Below are positions 12,290-24,360 of a stretch of DNA of 64,000 nt, piece after piece. Both the position numbers and the translations under genes were made by a program. The stretch's first letter is position 1; each line of letters starts with the position of its first letter. The stretch lies in the NCBI GenBank assembly GCA_030390025.1, contig CM059433.1, forward strand, positions 3,658,001 through 3,722,000. Reading direction: 5' to 3'. This DNA comes from Squalus acanthias. Its lineage: Eukaryota. Below the pieces are notes generated by a model. That model was not told the DNA's origin. It was given only the letters and a program-made list of their open reading frames with translations, and did not search any database.

Positions 12290-15091
12290 TGTACTAAATG
12301 GTATCTCCCTCAATGCAAGGAGTATAGCGAACAAGGCAGATGAGCTGAGGGCACAGGTAGATAATTGGGACGATGATATTATAGCTATTACAGAGACGTG
12401 GCTGAAAGAGGGGCAGGTATGACAGCTGAACATTCCTGGTTACAGGATTTTCAGACGGGATAGAGAGGGAGGTAAAAAGGGAGGGCGGGGGGTTCGCGGT
12501 ATTGATTAATGAAACTATTACAGCTGTGAGGAGGGATGATATGTTGGAGGGATCATCAAACGAGGCCATATGGGTCGAATTGAAAAACAAAAAAGGGGCG
12601 ATCACACTGCTGGGAGTGTACTGTAGACCCCCAAACAGTGAGAGGGAGATAGAAGAGCAAATATGTGGACAAATTTCTGAGAAGTGCAAAAAATATAGGG
12701 CAGTAATAGTAGGGGATTTCAACTACCCCAATATTAACTGGGATAAAATTAGTGTGAAGGGTATAGAGAGTGCGGAATTACTAAAATTCATCCAGGAGAA
12801 CTTTTTTAGCCAGTATGTAGCAAGCCCAATAAGGGAGGGGCGGTTCTGGACTTAGTTTAATGAAGCTGGGCAGGTAGAAGGCGTATCAGTGGGGGAGCAT
12901 TTTGGTGCTCGTGACCATAATTCAGTTAGATTTAAGGTAGTTATGGAAAAGGACAAGGATAGACCAGGAATAAAAATTCTAAATTGGGGAAAAGCAAATT
13001 TTGCTAAGCTCAGAGGGGATTTAGCCATAGTGGACTGGAAATAGCTACTTGAAGGTAAATCAGTGTCAGAGCAGTGGGAGGGATTCAAGGAGGAGATCCG
13101 GAGGGTTCAGACCAAATATGTGCCCTTAAAGAAAAAAGGTGGGACTAACAAATCTAGAGCCCCCTGGATGTCTAGGGACATACAGGGTAGGATAAAGAAA
13201 AAAAGGGAGGCGTATGACAGATACCGAGGGCTAAATACTCCAGAATCTTTAGAGTACAGAAAGTGTAGGGGTACAATTAAAAAGGATATTAGGAAAGCAA
13301 AGAGAGAGCATGAAAAATTCTTGGCAAGTAAAATCAAGGAAAACCCAAAGATGTTTTATAAATATATTACGAGTAAGAGGATAACTAAAGAAAGGGTAGG
13401 CCTATTAGAGATCATGAAGGTAATCTGTGTGTGGAGGCGGGAGACGTCGGTAGGGTTCTTAATGAATAATTTGCGTCTGTTTTCACAAAGGAGAGGGGCG
13501 AAGCAGACATTGCTATCAGGGAGGAGGAGTGTGAAATATTAGATGAAATAAACATAGTGAGAGAGGAAGCATTAAGGGGTTTAGCAGCTATAAAAGTGGA
13601 TAAATCGCCAGGCCCGGATGAAATGTATCCCAGGCTGTTAAGCGAAGCAAAAGAGGAAATAGCAGAGGCCCAGACCATCATTTTCCAATCCTCTCTGGCT
13701 TCAGGTGTGGTGCCAGAGGACTGGAGGACTGCTAATGTGGTACCCTTGTTTAAAAAGGGAGAAAAGGATAGACCGAGTAATTACACGCCAGTCAGCCTAA
13801 CCTCGGTGGTGGGAAAATTATTGGAAAGAATTCTGAAGGACAGGATAAATCTTCATTTAGAAAGACACGGATTAATCAAGGATAGTCAACACGGATTTGT
13901 TAAGGGAAGGTCGTGTCTGACAAACTTGATTGAATTTTTTGAGGAGGTAACAAGGAGGGTAGATGAGGGTAGTACATTTGATGTAGTGTATATGGACTAT
14001 AGCAAGGCTTTTGATAAGGTTCCACATGGCAGACTGGTCACGAAGTTAAAAGCCCATGGGATCCAGGGCAAAGTGTCAAGTTGGATTCAAAACTGGCTCG
14101 GAGGCAGGAAGCAGAGGGTAATGGTTGATGGGTGTTTTTGTGACTGGAAGGCTGTTTCCAGTGGGGTTCCACAGGGCTCAGTACTATGTCTCTTGCTTTT
14201 TGTAATATATATCAATGATCTAGACTTGAATATAGGGGGTATGATTAAGAAGTTTGCAGATGATACTAAAATCGGCTGTGTGGTGTATACTGAAGAAGGA
14301 AGCTGTAGACTGCAGGAAGATATCAATAAATTGGACAGGTGGGCAGAACAGTGGCAAATGGAATTCAATCCGGAGAAGTGTAAGGTAATGCATTTGGGGA
14401 GGGCTAACAAGGAAAGGGAATACACATTAAATGGTAGGACACTGAGTAGTGTAGAGGTACAAAGGGACCTTGGAGTGCATGTCCACAGATCCCTGAAGGT
14501 AGCAGGCCAGGTAGATAAGGTGGTTAAGAAGGCATACGGAATGCTTGCCTTTATTAGCCGTGGCATAGAATACAAGAGCAGGGGGGTTATGCTTCAACTG
14601 TATAAAACACTAGTTAGGCCTCAGCTAGAGGGCTGCGTGCAATTCTGGTCACCACATTACAGGAAAGATGTGATTGCACTAGAGAGGGTACAGAGGAGAT
14701 TTACAAGGATGTTGCCAGGAGTAAAGAATCTTAGCTATGAGAAAAGACTGGATAGGCTGGGTCTGTTTTCCTTGGAATAGAGGAGGCTGAGGGGAGACCT
14801 TATTGAGGTGTATAAAATTATGAGGGGTCAGATAAAGTGGATAGAAAGGACCTATTTCCCTTAGCAGAGGGGTCAAAAACCAGGGGGCACAGATTTAAAG
14901 TAATTGGTGGAAGGTTTAGAGGGGATTTGAGGGGAAATGTCTTCACCCAGAGGGTGGTGGGGGTCTGGAACTCACTGCCTGAAAGGGTGGTAGAGGCAGA
15001 AACCCTAACCACATTTAAAAAGTACTTGGATGTGCACTTGGGATGCTGTAACCTGCAGGGCTACGGACCTAGAGCTGGGAAGCGGGATTAG
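12290..15091 (+). pseudogene. CR1 ORF2 (APE endonuclease plus reverse transcriptase), disrupted
   Basis: NARSI, IAITETWL, VGDFNYP, SPGPD, QHGFVKGRSCLTNL, GVPQGSVL and KFADDTK motifs spread over several frames with stops. Confidence 0.9.
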
Positions 15092-15832
15092 GCTGGATAG
15101 CTCTTTGTTGGCCAGCGCGGACACGATGGGCCAAAATGGCCTCCTTCCGTGCTGTAACTTTCTATGATCTATGATATCCATCAATATCAAAATACCTTTG
15201 ATCTCCGAGGTACAAAGAGTGGAAGACCACAGAGCCGCCTCTGTCGTCGAGAATCACCTTGCCCGATTAAAGCGACTCTGCTATCTCATTTGAGACTTCA
15301 ATATTTATACCCTTTTTCAGTTGTATTTCCTTTAAGGTTTCTGCTGATGCAAGTTAATTATCACTATTCATCTTTCTGCTGACTCTGCAATTCTTTACTG
15401 CCACATCAGCTTGTAATATTCCAGAATCTGCCGCATCTCCAGGTGTTCTGGGTTCACCATATAAAAAAGTTGTGAAAGGCAGATGTCCCTTATTTTATGT
15501 GTCATCTTTACGAAGTTTAATTTAGATCACTTATCCAGGGTTGAACATTGTTTTGTTCCCAAAAGGTCAGCCACTCGGAGCCACCCCATTCTTCTGTTTC
15601 AATAAGGTTATTTATTCAGGGTCAACAATTTGTCCTGTTCCAATAGCCAGAATTCTTTCATAGCTATTTCATTGTTAGGTTTCTAAATTTCCAAACCCAG
15701 TTTGTCATGTTTTAAAGAATTTATAAGGTAGAGTTCCTTATAAGGTACTCTTCAGGGTCAACCACTGTCTTATCTCAACAAAAGTGAGAAGTCGCACAAC
15801 ACCAAGTTATAGTCCAACAGTTTTATTTGAAA

Positions 15833-15870
15833 TCACAAGCTTTCGGAGCTGCTGCTCCTTCGTCAGGTGA
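15833..15870 (-). ncRNA. Minimal type I hammerhead ribozyme motif (inverted copy)
   Basis: Minus strand reads TCAC-CTGACGA-AGGAGCAGCAGCTCC-GAAA-GCTT-GTGA with a perfect helix I. Confidence 0.7.
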
Positions 15871-15876
15871 AGCACT

Positions 15877-15914
15877 TTACCTGACGAAGGAGCAGCAGCT
15901 CCGAAAGCTTGTGA
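15877..15914 (+). ncRNA. Minimal type I hammerhead ribozyme motif
   Basis: TTAC-CTGACGA-A-GGAGC(AGCA)GCTCC-GAAA-GCTT-GTGA: conserved core boxes, helix II, palindromic AAGCTT in place of helix III, helix I TTAC/GTGA. Confidence 0.7.
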
Positions 15915-16442
15915 TTTCAAATAAAACTGTTGGACTATAACCTGGTGTTGTGCGACTTCTCACTTTTGTCCACCCCAGTCCAACACCGGCATGTCCGCAT
16001 CATTATCTCAACAAGGCCAGAATTCTTTCATAAGATATTGTATGTTTTCTAAAAAGGCTATATAGTATATTCCTTCACATGGGAACTTCCAACATTCCAT
16101 GGAAACAGGTCAGCTAAGGGCATTATCCATTTTAAAACTTTGCACCACGAGCAGTCCAGTAGCCTTCCATCCCTTCTACTTTATAATATTTTGAATAGGC
16201 CATGACCATCATTCTTTGACTAGAGAAGGTAGCATTGAGAACCCAAGTAACTACAACACTTAAGCATGTACAGTGGGGAAATAAAACAAAAGTCCCAAGC
16301 CACACTAGGTCAGAAAGAAAACTATGAGGAGGTAGTCCAAGGAGTTTCATACTTTGAAATGGAAATTTATGTAGTGGTGGTGGTGCTGGAGGAGCTCCTC
16401 ATTCATTCAACTTTGATAAGTAGTAATATATATCTAGCACAG

Positions 16443-18228
16443 TGTAGGGGGTGGTGTGTGGGGTCAGTTTCACCTCTGACTCAGTGAGCGGTTCGAATCG
16501 CTCCCACGCCCCTGGTTCTAGACCTTGGACTTATTTAGGGGTTGTGAACAAAGATGCAGTAGACAACAGGTTCTGATGAAAGAATTTTGACTTTATTAAA
16601 AGAAAAAGGTAACAAACTTAAAACACACTTAAATGCTTAAGCACAGGTTGGGGAACACACGGAACAGGCAAGGGTGAATTACAATATACAGAAACCCGTA
16701 TCCCTCCCAATCCCACTGTCTAGCTAGGTTTCAATTCCAAAGGATCAGGGATAATGTTCACCAATGACAGTTCTTGACAGTTGAGGTATTTCGCGATTTC
16801 GGGGTTCACTGGGGTTTTTGATTGTTGGGACCTGCTGTACCCCGGACGTGGTAGAAGACTCCAGCTGCACTTCAGGTCAGTTTGGGTTTGTCTGCAGATG
16901 CGGTAAGGTGCGTATTGGACTTTATCAGATAAGTACCCGAATTTTCTCCCTTAGAGGTAGGGTTTAGAGTTTTTTAATGGAAAATCTTACCCAGGGGTAA
17001 GTCAGGAATAGTTTGTAGAGTGTAAACTTGCGTGTCTTCGGTTTTTTCCTGGTGTTGGTCTGGTTCTTGGTCGTGTTTGCCTGGTGGTTGGTTGTTGCGC
17101 GGGGCCTTGGTTTCCGCGGGACTTTCGAGTGTCGGTTCACCTCGTGGAGCCCTTGGTGGCTCTGGTTGTTAGTTTGTTGCATTGGAGGCCTGTCGGGGCG
17201 GTACCTCCTGGAGCTGGACCGTGGATTGATCGATGCCGACTCGCTCCCAGCTTCCAGTGGCCTTGGCTAGCACCTACTAGAGCTGGACCGTATGTTGAGC
17301 GATGCCGACTCGCTCTCAGCTCGAGGTCTCAGTTCTAGCCCTTGCCTGGCCTTGTCTGTCCCTGCCTCCGATCTCGCCTCGGGTCTGCCTTGTGGCCTTG
17401 CTGCTTCTCTCCTCCTCCTGCTTGTGTCGTGTGGCCCTCTGTAGTGGTGAGTAACTTGCTGTCTCTTGCTGGGGGAATAGGCCCTCAATTATACTGTTCA
17501 GGCCCTTTGTAATTTTCGCGCCAAAACCCCTTTACTAAATCGGTTTCGTGTTGAAGTGATTTAGGTTTCAGTTGAGGCCTGTTCATTCCATTGTCTTATG
17601 TTTTGGCGGGCTCGTTAAGCTTTGATGATTTTAACTTGGTGTTAAATTGTCCTGATGGCTTCCGATGTCTCCCATTTAGGCAAGGCCTTTATCTACGCAC
17701 CAAATCTCGTCCCTTTTGTCTAAGGTTTTTGGCGGGCTTGTTAATCTGTCCCTGTAAATACTTGGCTGATTGGTTTTTGATGGGGTAATGGGTGTACTGG
17801 ATGTTTTATTGTTTTCAGGCTTCTGGCATCCTGTTTGGGCCTGGGAATTTCAAAAGGGGTCTTGGATTATTCATATTTGGATGTATATGTGAGGTTTTGG
17901 GTGAGGCTCTTCCTCCCTGGTTGGATTGCAGTGCAAACATTCTCCAGACAGCTTGACTGGGCCCCAAATTCCAAAAGCTGTCCACTGCCTCGCCACACCC
18001 CTCCGCAGCCTGTCTTGTGTCTGTGAAAGGTGTTTTTCCCAACAGTAATATCCAAAAGTTATTTTCCTCAGGGGTTTTCTTCCCTGGTCCTTAAGAATGT
18101 CCAAAACTGAGGTTTTTACCTCAAAGCACTTCACTCAGGTCCCATCATCCCAAATTTGTACGAAAAATCCAAAAATCACCCCTTTTAGGGTTCTGTTCGA
18201 GTTTCTGGGGGATTTTGCGAAGCCTACA
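16443..18228 (-). mobile_element. Solo LTR, 1786 bp
   Basis: TGTAGG...CCTACA termini; 4-bp TSD ACAG at 16439-16442 and 18229-18232; minus-strand TATAA at 17489-17493 and AATAAA at 16592-16597. Confidence 0.9.
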
Positions 18229-18235
18229 ACAGAAA

Positions 18236-18475
18236 CGAACATAGGATTACATAGGATATACGGCACAGAAACAGGCCATTCGGCCCAACCAGTCCATGCC
18301 GGCATTTATGCTCCACTCGAGCCTCCTCCCGTCTTTCCTCGTCTAATTCTATCAGCGTAACCCTCTATTCCCTTCTCCCTCATATGCTTGTCTAGCCTCC
18401 CCTTAAAATAATCAGACAATTCGCTTCAACCACTCCCTGTGGTAGCGAGTTCCACATTCTCACCACTCTTTGGGT
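18236..18475 (-). mobile_element. CR1 3' terminal fragment
   Basis: Tail CATAGGATTACATAGG, GGCCATTCGGCCC stem and reverse-strand ..RVVRMWNSLP remnant. Confidence 0.8.
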
Positions 18476-20710
18476 ATCATAGAATCATAGAAATTTACTG
18501 CACAGAAGGAGGCCATTCGGCCCATCTTGTCCGTGCTGGCCGACAAAGATCTATCCAGCCTAATCCCACTTTCCAGCTCTTGGTCCGTAGCCCTGTAGGT
18601 TACGGCACTTCAATTGCACATCCAAGTACTTTTTAAATGTGATGAGGGTCTCTGCCTCTACCAGCCTTTCAGGCAGTGAGTTCCAGACCCCCCACCACCC
18701 TCTGGGTGAAAACATTTCTCCTCAAATCCTCTCTAAACTTCCGACCAATTATTTAAATCTCTGCCCCCTGGTTATTGACCCTTCTGCTAAGGGAAATAGG
18801 TCCTTCCTATCCACTCTATCTAGGCCCCTCATAATTTTATACACCTCAATCATGTCTCCCCTCAGCCTCCTCTGTTCCAAAGAAAACAACCCCAGCCGAT
18901 CCAATCTTTCCTCATAGCTAAAATTCCCCAGCCCAGGCAACATCCTCGTAAATCTCCTCTGCACCCCTCTCTAGTGTGTAAGGGTGGGCTCGTGCGAGGT
19001 GAGGCTTTCGTTGCCTGTACTATTGCTTGCTCTGGTCTCCGGCCAGACTTTTGCAATAATCACCTGTGAGTGGTTCGACCCACTCGTCCTTACGGTTCTG
19101 ACACCTGGACTTAGATGCAAAGGAGCAGTAATGCAGAGAAAGACTCAAATAGACCTGGTTGAATAACACGAAATGAATGCCTTTATTGTACGGTGTCCAA
19201 AATAATGAAATACATGTCATATGCGCAGATCAAAGAGATTACCAGTATACACACGTTTATAAAACTTGGTCTATACAAATGGGGAACACACGACACATCG
19301 AAAAAGGGGGAACACATTATACATTAACCTTAGGAACCACCCTCCCTTACTATACCTAAACTATGTCTGGATTTGTAGGATCGGGAAACATGCTCACCAC
19401 TCGGCTTACTTCGGAAATTTAAAATGAGGCTCTCAGCTCTTTTCGCTGCAGCGCCGGGCTGTCACGTGGCTGTAAGGGTTTCTGCACCCGACTTGTTTAC
19501 TCTCGCTGCCACGAATGGGTCCACTTGAGACAGCCCCGGTAATGTCCGTCGCGGATGGCCCAGGCTATCCGCTCAAAGAACCAGAGGGTAAGCCTGTCTC
19601 CCTGATATCATGAAGTCGTCTGTAGAATTCAAAAGGTGGACTCCGCCGTTTATCTTCGGGCGCGGTCGGGGTTTACTGACCGTAGCGCCACGTGGAATTT
19701 CTTCTCGTCTTTCTTCTCGTCACTCGGGCCTCGCTTGGCCGAGATTCTCTTCTTCCTCGCCACCGACGGATGGTCGCTCGGGAACACACCGCTGTGTTGC
19801 CCTGATGGGTCCGGACACCGTTTACCGACGATCGGGATGGTGTACCCTACTGCCTGCCGTGTCGAGGTGGCTCGTTCTGAGGTTCCGTTTCTGGCCGACA
19901 CGGACCACGAACAACGAACTCGAACTTGACCTCCACCCAACACTCGAATAACCGACCAGCACAGCACCGCCGAAGGAACCAGCGCAAGAGAAGAGAGCGA
20001 TGGACATTTGTCCTCTATAGTTATACTGTTTTTCCGGCCTTTTCTCCCGCTCAAATCAAAATGTTGTCCTTTGTTTGATTTTGGCGCCCAAAATTCCCAG
20101 CATGGGGTGATTATCTTCTTAACTGGTTTCGGGATCACCTGAAACTGGCCAACTATCCGTTAATGCCTTCTTCATTGTTGAGCCAGCCAGGATGTGTATA
20201 AATCGTCTCCTCAACTGGTTTTGGGACCCCCTGAATACTGGCCCAATCACCCGCCAATGTCTCTCTCATTGTTGAGCCGGGGGGGTATTTGTGTATTGAT
20301 GTGTCTGGATGGGCCCCCGATTGTCCAGTTCAATGATTCTTACTGTGCGTATGAAAACGATTCAAGCACTTATATCATTGTTTTTGTTCAAAATGCAAAT
20401 GGGTTGCATCCTGCCTTTTCAATTCGTACCGGGTATGGTCTCATAATGAATGTATATTCAACGCCATCTTGTCTGCCCACTGTGTCTCTGGAAACTTCTG
20501 CCACGATGCTCGGCGACCATTTTACAGGCTTCTGTACCCTTTATTATAAAAGCAGCTTTCCGTTCAATAAAAATGGTCAATTGAACCTGCTTCTCTCATA
20601 TTATTAGAATCGCGATAATTGCGAAACTCTACAAGTGCAATCACATCCTTCCTGTAATGTGGTGACCAGAACTACATGTAGTATTTTAGCTGTGGCCTAA
20701 CTAGTGTTTT
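18476..20710 (-). mobile_element. CR1 3' fragment split by the solo LTR at 18977-20633
   Basis: 18476-18976 encodes QRRFTRMLPGL..; the sequence CTCTAGTG|CAATCACATCC resumes at 20634. Confidence 0.85.
18977..20633 (-). mobile_element. Solo LTR, 1657 bp, inserted in CR1
   Basis: TGTA...TACA termini; 4-bp TSD AGTG at 18973-18976 and 20634-20637; minus-strand TATAA at 20021-20025 and AATAAA at 19182-19187. Confidence 0.92.
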
Positions 20711-20714
20711 CGAT

Positions 20715-22380
20715 AAAGACGTTTCTTCTGAATTCCCTATTGGATTTCTTGGTGACTATCTTATATTGATGGCCTCTAGTTATGCTCTTCCCCACAAGTG
20801 GAAACATTCTATCTGTATCCACTCTATCAACATTTTTCATAATTTTAAAGACCGCTATTAGGTCACCCCTCAGCCTTCTTTTTTCAAGAGAAAAGAGACC
20901 TAGCCTGTTCATCCTTTCCTGATATGTATACCCTCGCATTTCTGGTCTCATCCTTGTAAATCTTCTCTGCACCCTCTCCAGTGCCTCTATATCCTTTTTA
21001 TAATATGGCGACCAGAACTGTACGCAGTACTCTAAGTGTGGTCTAACCAAGGTTCGATACAGGTTTAGCATAACTTCCCTGCTTTTCAATTCTATCCCTC
21101 CAGAAATAAACCCTAGTGCTCGGTTTGCTTTTTTTATGGCCTTGCTAACCTGTGTCGCAACTTTTAGTGATTTGTGTATTTGTACTCCTAGATCCCTTTG
21201 TTCCTCTACCCCACCTAGACTCGCACCCTCCAAGTGATAAGTGACCTCCCTATTCTTCCTACCAAAATGTAATACCTCACATTTATCTGTGTTGAACTTC
21301 ATTTGCCAATTATATGCCCATTCTGCAAGTTTATTAATGTCCTCCTGTAACTTGTTGCAGTCCTCCTCAGTATTGACTATCTCCCACAATTTGGTGTCAC
21401 CTGCAAATTTAGAAATTGTGTTATTGATTCCTAAGTCTAAATCGTTAATGTAAATTGTGAACAACAGTGGTCCCAGCACTGATCCTTGTGGAACACCACT
21501 ACCCACCTTCTGCCACTGTGAATAGCTACCCTTTACTCCTACTCTCTGCTTTCTGTCCTGAAGCCAGCCAGCTATCCATTCTGCTACTTGTCCCATGACT
21601 CCGCATTCTCTGACCTTGCTCATCAGTCTATTATGAAGGCCTTTTGAAAATCCAGATAAATTACATCTACTGCATTACCATTGTCTACTCTCTCTGTTAC
21701 CTCTTCAAAAAATTCAATAAGGTTGGTAAAGCAAGACTTTCCTTTTGAAATCCATGCTGACTATTCATTATTATATTTTTGGCTTCTAGATGTTCTTCTA
21801 TTTTCTCCTTTAGTAGGGATTCTATTATTTTTCCTACCAGCGATGTTAAGCTGACTGGTCTATAGTTCCCTGGACATGTTCTATCCCCCTTCTTAAATAT
21901 CGGTATTACGTTAGCTATCCGCCAGTCCTCTGGCACTACACCTTTTTCTACTGAATTATTAAATATGTGTAGTAATGCCTCTGCTATCTCTTCCCTAGAT
22001 TCTTTTAAAATGCGCTGGATACAATCCATCCGGACCAAGGGTTTTATCCTCTTTGAGTTTGATTAGTTTATTTAATAAATCCCCTTTTTTATTTTAAATG
22101 CGCTTATCTCATTACTAATCTCACCATCCAATGTCATGTCCACCTGTTCTATCTCCCTGGTAAATACTGAAGCAAAATAATGATTTAATATTTCTGCCAT
22201 CTCTCTATCGTTACCTGTGGTATTGTCCTGAATATCCCTTAATGGCCCTTTTCCCATCCCAACCTTCCTTTTTTTATTGATGTGCCTGTAAAATATTTTA
22301 CTATTTTGTTTTATGTTCCTTGATAATTTAATTTCATAGTTCCTCTTTGCCTCCCTAATTGTTTTTTTGACTTCTCTCCT
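20715..22380 (-). mobile_element. CR1 ORF2 fragment (different subfamily), frameshifted
   Basis: ORFs 20697-21623 (GVPQGSVLGP, KFAGDTK) and 21697-22038 (NYRPVSLTS). Confidence 0.9.
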
Positions 22381-22690
22381 AATCTAATCTAATCTAATCA
22401 TCTCAGGTGACCCAATTCTTCAGGCGAGCTCAGAGCAGAGCACAACTGAAGAGCTCTTTACCCCCAGCTATTGGGTCACAGTAACAATGTTCACTGACGG
22501 CATGAAACTCCAGCATCCAGTTTGCTCATCCTTGCTCAGCAATGTGTTTATTTAGCATGTTTCCAGATGAAACTGTCTAGATTGCCATGTCTTTCATTCT
22601 GTGCACAGAGAAAGCTAATACTCGAAGTAAATCAGAGTAACACTACATTCAGTGGTTGATAGAACAACTTACGTTTGTATAGTGCTCATT

Positions 22691-23485
22691 AACAACAACA
22701 ACTTGTATTTATATAGCGCCTTTAACGTAGTCAAACGTCCCAAGGCGCTGCACAGGAGTATTTTAAGACAAAAAAATTTGACACTGATCCACATAAGGAT
22801 AAATTAGGGCAGGTGACCAAAAGCTTGGTCAAAGAGGTTGGTTTTAAGGAGCATCTTAAAGGAGGAAAGAGAGGGAGCGAGGCGGAGAGGTTTAGGCAGG
22901 GAATTCCAGAGCTTAGGGCCCAGGCAACAGAAGGCATGGCCACCAATGGTTGAGCGATTATAATCAGGGATCCTCAAGAGGCCAGAATTAGAGGAGCACA
23001 GATTTCTCGGGGGGCGTTGTGGGGCTGAAGGAGATTACAGAGATAGGGAGGTGCGAGGCCATGGAGGGATTTGAAAACAAGGATGAGAATTTTGAAATCG
23101 AGGCGCTGCTTAACCGGGAGCCAATGTAGGTCAGTGAGCACAGGGGAGATGGGTGAACGGGACTTGGTGCGAGTTAGGACACGGGCAGCCGAGTTTTGAA
23201 TGACCTCAAGTTTACATAGGGTGGAATGTGGGAGGCCAGCCAGGAGTGCGTTGGAATAGTCAAGTCTAGAGGTAACAAAGGCATGGATGAGGGTTTCAGC
23301 AGTGGATGAGCTGAGGCAAGGGCGGAGACGGGCGATGTTACGGAGGTGGAAGTAGGCGGTCTTTAGTTATGCTGCGGATATGTGGTCGGAAGCTCATTTC
23401 AGGGTCAAATATGACAGCAAGGCTGCGAACAGTGTGGTTCAGCCTCAGACAGATGTTAGGGAGAGGGATGGGGTCAGTGGCTAGG
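22691..23485 (-). mobile_element. L2 LINE 3' portion
   Basis: (CAA)n tail; reverse complement of the L2 at 2627-3743. Confidence 0.85.
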
Positions 23486-23924
23486 GAACAAATAAGTGTC
23501 AGGACATCTTACTTGGTGGATTTTGAGTGGACAATATGCCAGGGATGGGGGAGGAGGAGAAAGGGAAAGGGTTAAGGGTGGATAAAAGCACAGAGGGTCT
23601 GAAGGTAGGTGTTTGAAGGTGAAGAGGGAGATGGAAAGGTGCAAGGCAGAATTGCAAAGGGAGGTTGTTTCAGAGGGCAGGGCAAACTGGTTGAAAGAAG
23701 AAGCTTTCAATTGTGGAACAGGCATTTACAAGTAAGCTGGTGTTGGAAAACCTGGACAAAATCATGGAGCGGTTTGAAGGTGAGGACAAGAATCTTGATT
23801 TGATTCTCAAGAAGCCACTGTACCTTAGTATGCATATGTGGGCTATGTGGAGGTGAGGACATAAGCTGTTGCATTCTAGATGTTATGCAGTTGATGAATT
23901 GTAGAAGCGGAGAGATCTGTATGG

Positions 23925-24360
23925 TCATCTCTGGTGTCCCCCAGGGTTCCTTCTTTACCCCCACCCCTTCACCCCATTATTTACATGCTGCTTCTTGGCA
24001 ATGTTATCTGGAATCATATGTCAATTTTCACATGTATGTTGGCGCCACCAAGTTCTACCTTACCACTTCTTCCAATGACCCTGTTGTTGTCGCTACTGTC
24101 TCCAACTACCTATCTGGCCTGGATGAACCAAAATGTCCCCCAGCTAAACGTCAGTAAAACTGAGGCAATCCTCTTTAACTGCCACCAACACCTTCACATG
24201 TCCGTCTTCAGCTGCATCTCCCTCCCTGGCTGCCAGCTCGTGCTTAGCCCAGAGATGCAGAACCTTGCCATATTGCTTAACCCAGAGTTCAGCATCCTCC
24301 CCCACGTTCTGTCACCAAGACTGCTTTCTTCCATCTCTGCACCATTGCCTACCTTTTCAA
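23925..24360 (+). mobile_element. Old L2 RT fragment
   Basis: SGVPQGS..FHMY..WMNQN..LNVSKTEAILF remnants across frames. Confidence 0.6.

Larger units (their letters stand above)
10950..15172 (+). mobile_element. Near-full-length CR1 LINE (5' UTR, ORF1, ORF2, 3' UTR)
   Basis: GATATC flanks at 10944-10949 and 15173-15178; ORF1 zinc finger and esterase; ORF2 endonuclease and RT; 3' GGGCCAAAATGGCC stem and TCTATGA tail. Confidence 0.95.
15782..16002. mobile_element. Penelope-type palindromic non-autonomous insert with two hammerhead motifs
   Basis: Near-perfect inverted repeat of about 95 bp centred at ~15873; TSD TTATCTCAACAA at 15770-15781 and 16003-16014. Confidence 0.8.
10516..16062 (-). 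mobile_element. Candidate further solo LTR (~1.1 kb once inserts are removed), interrupted by a full-length CR1 and a Penelope-type insert
   Basis: Starts TGTAG and ends GGCTATA; minus-strand AATAAA near 10781; U3-like direct repeats TCAGGGTCAAC..GCCAGAATTCTTTCATA at ~15617 and ~15752/16016. No clean TSD. Confidence 0.4.

Noticed and set aside
14087..14575. 162-aa antisense ORF repeated at 25273-25761
   Set aside because: Reverse-frame shadow of the CR1 RT; its recurrence is explained by copy identity.
19610..20138. ORFs of 100-160 aa inside the solo LTRs as accessory genes
   Set aside because: Starts and frames are not shared among the three LTR copies; the similarity is at nucleotide level only.
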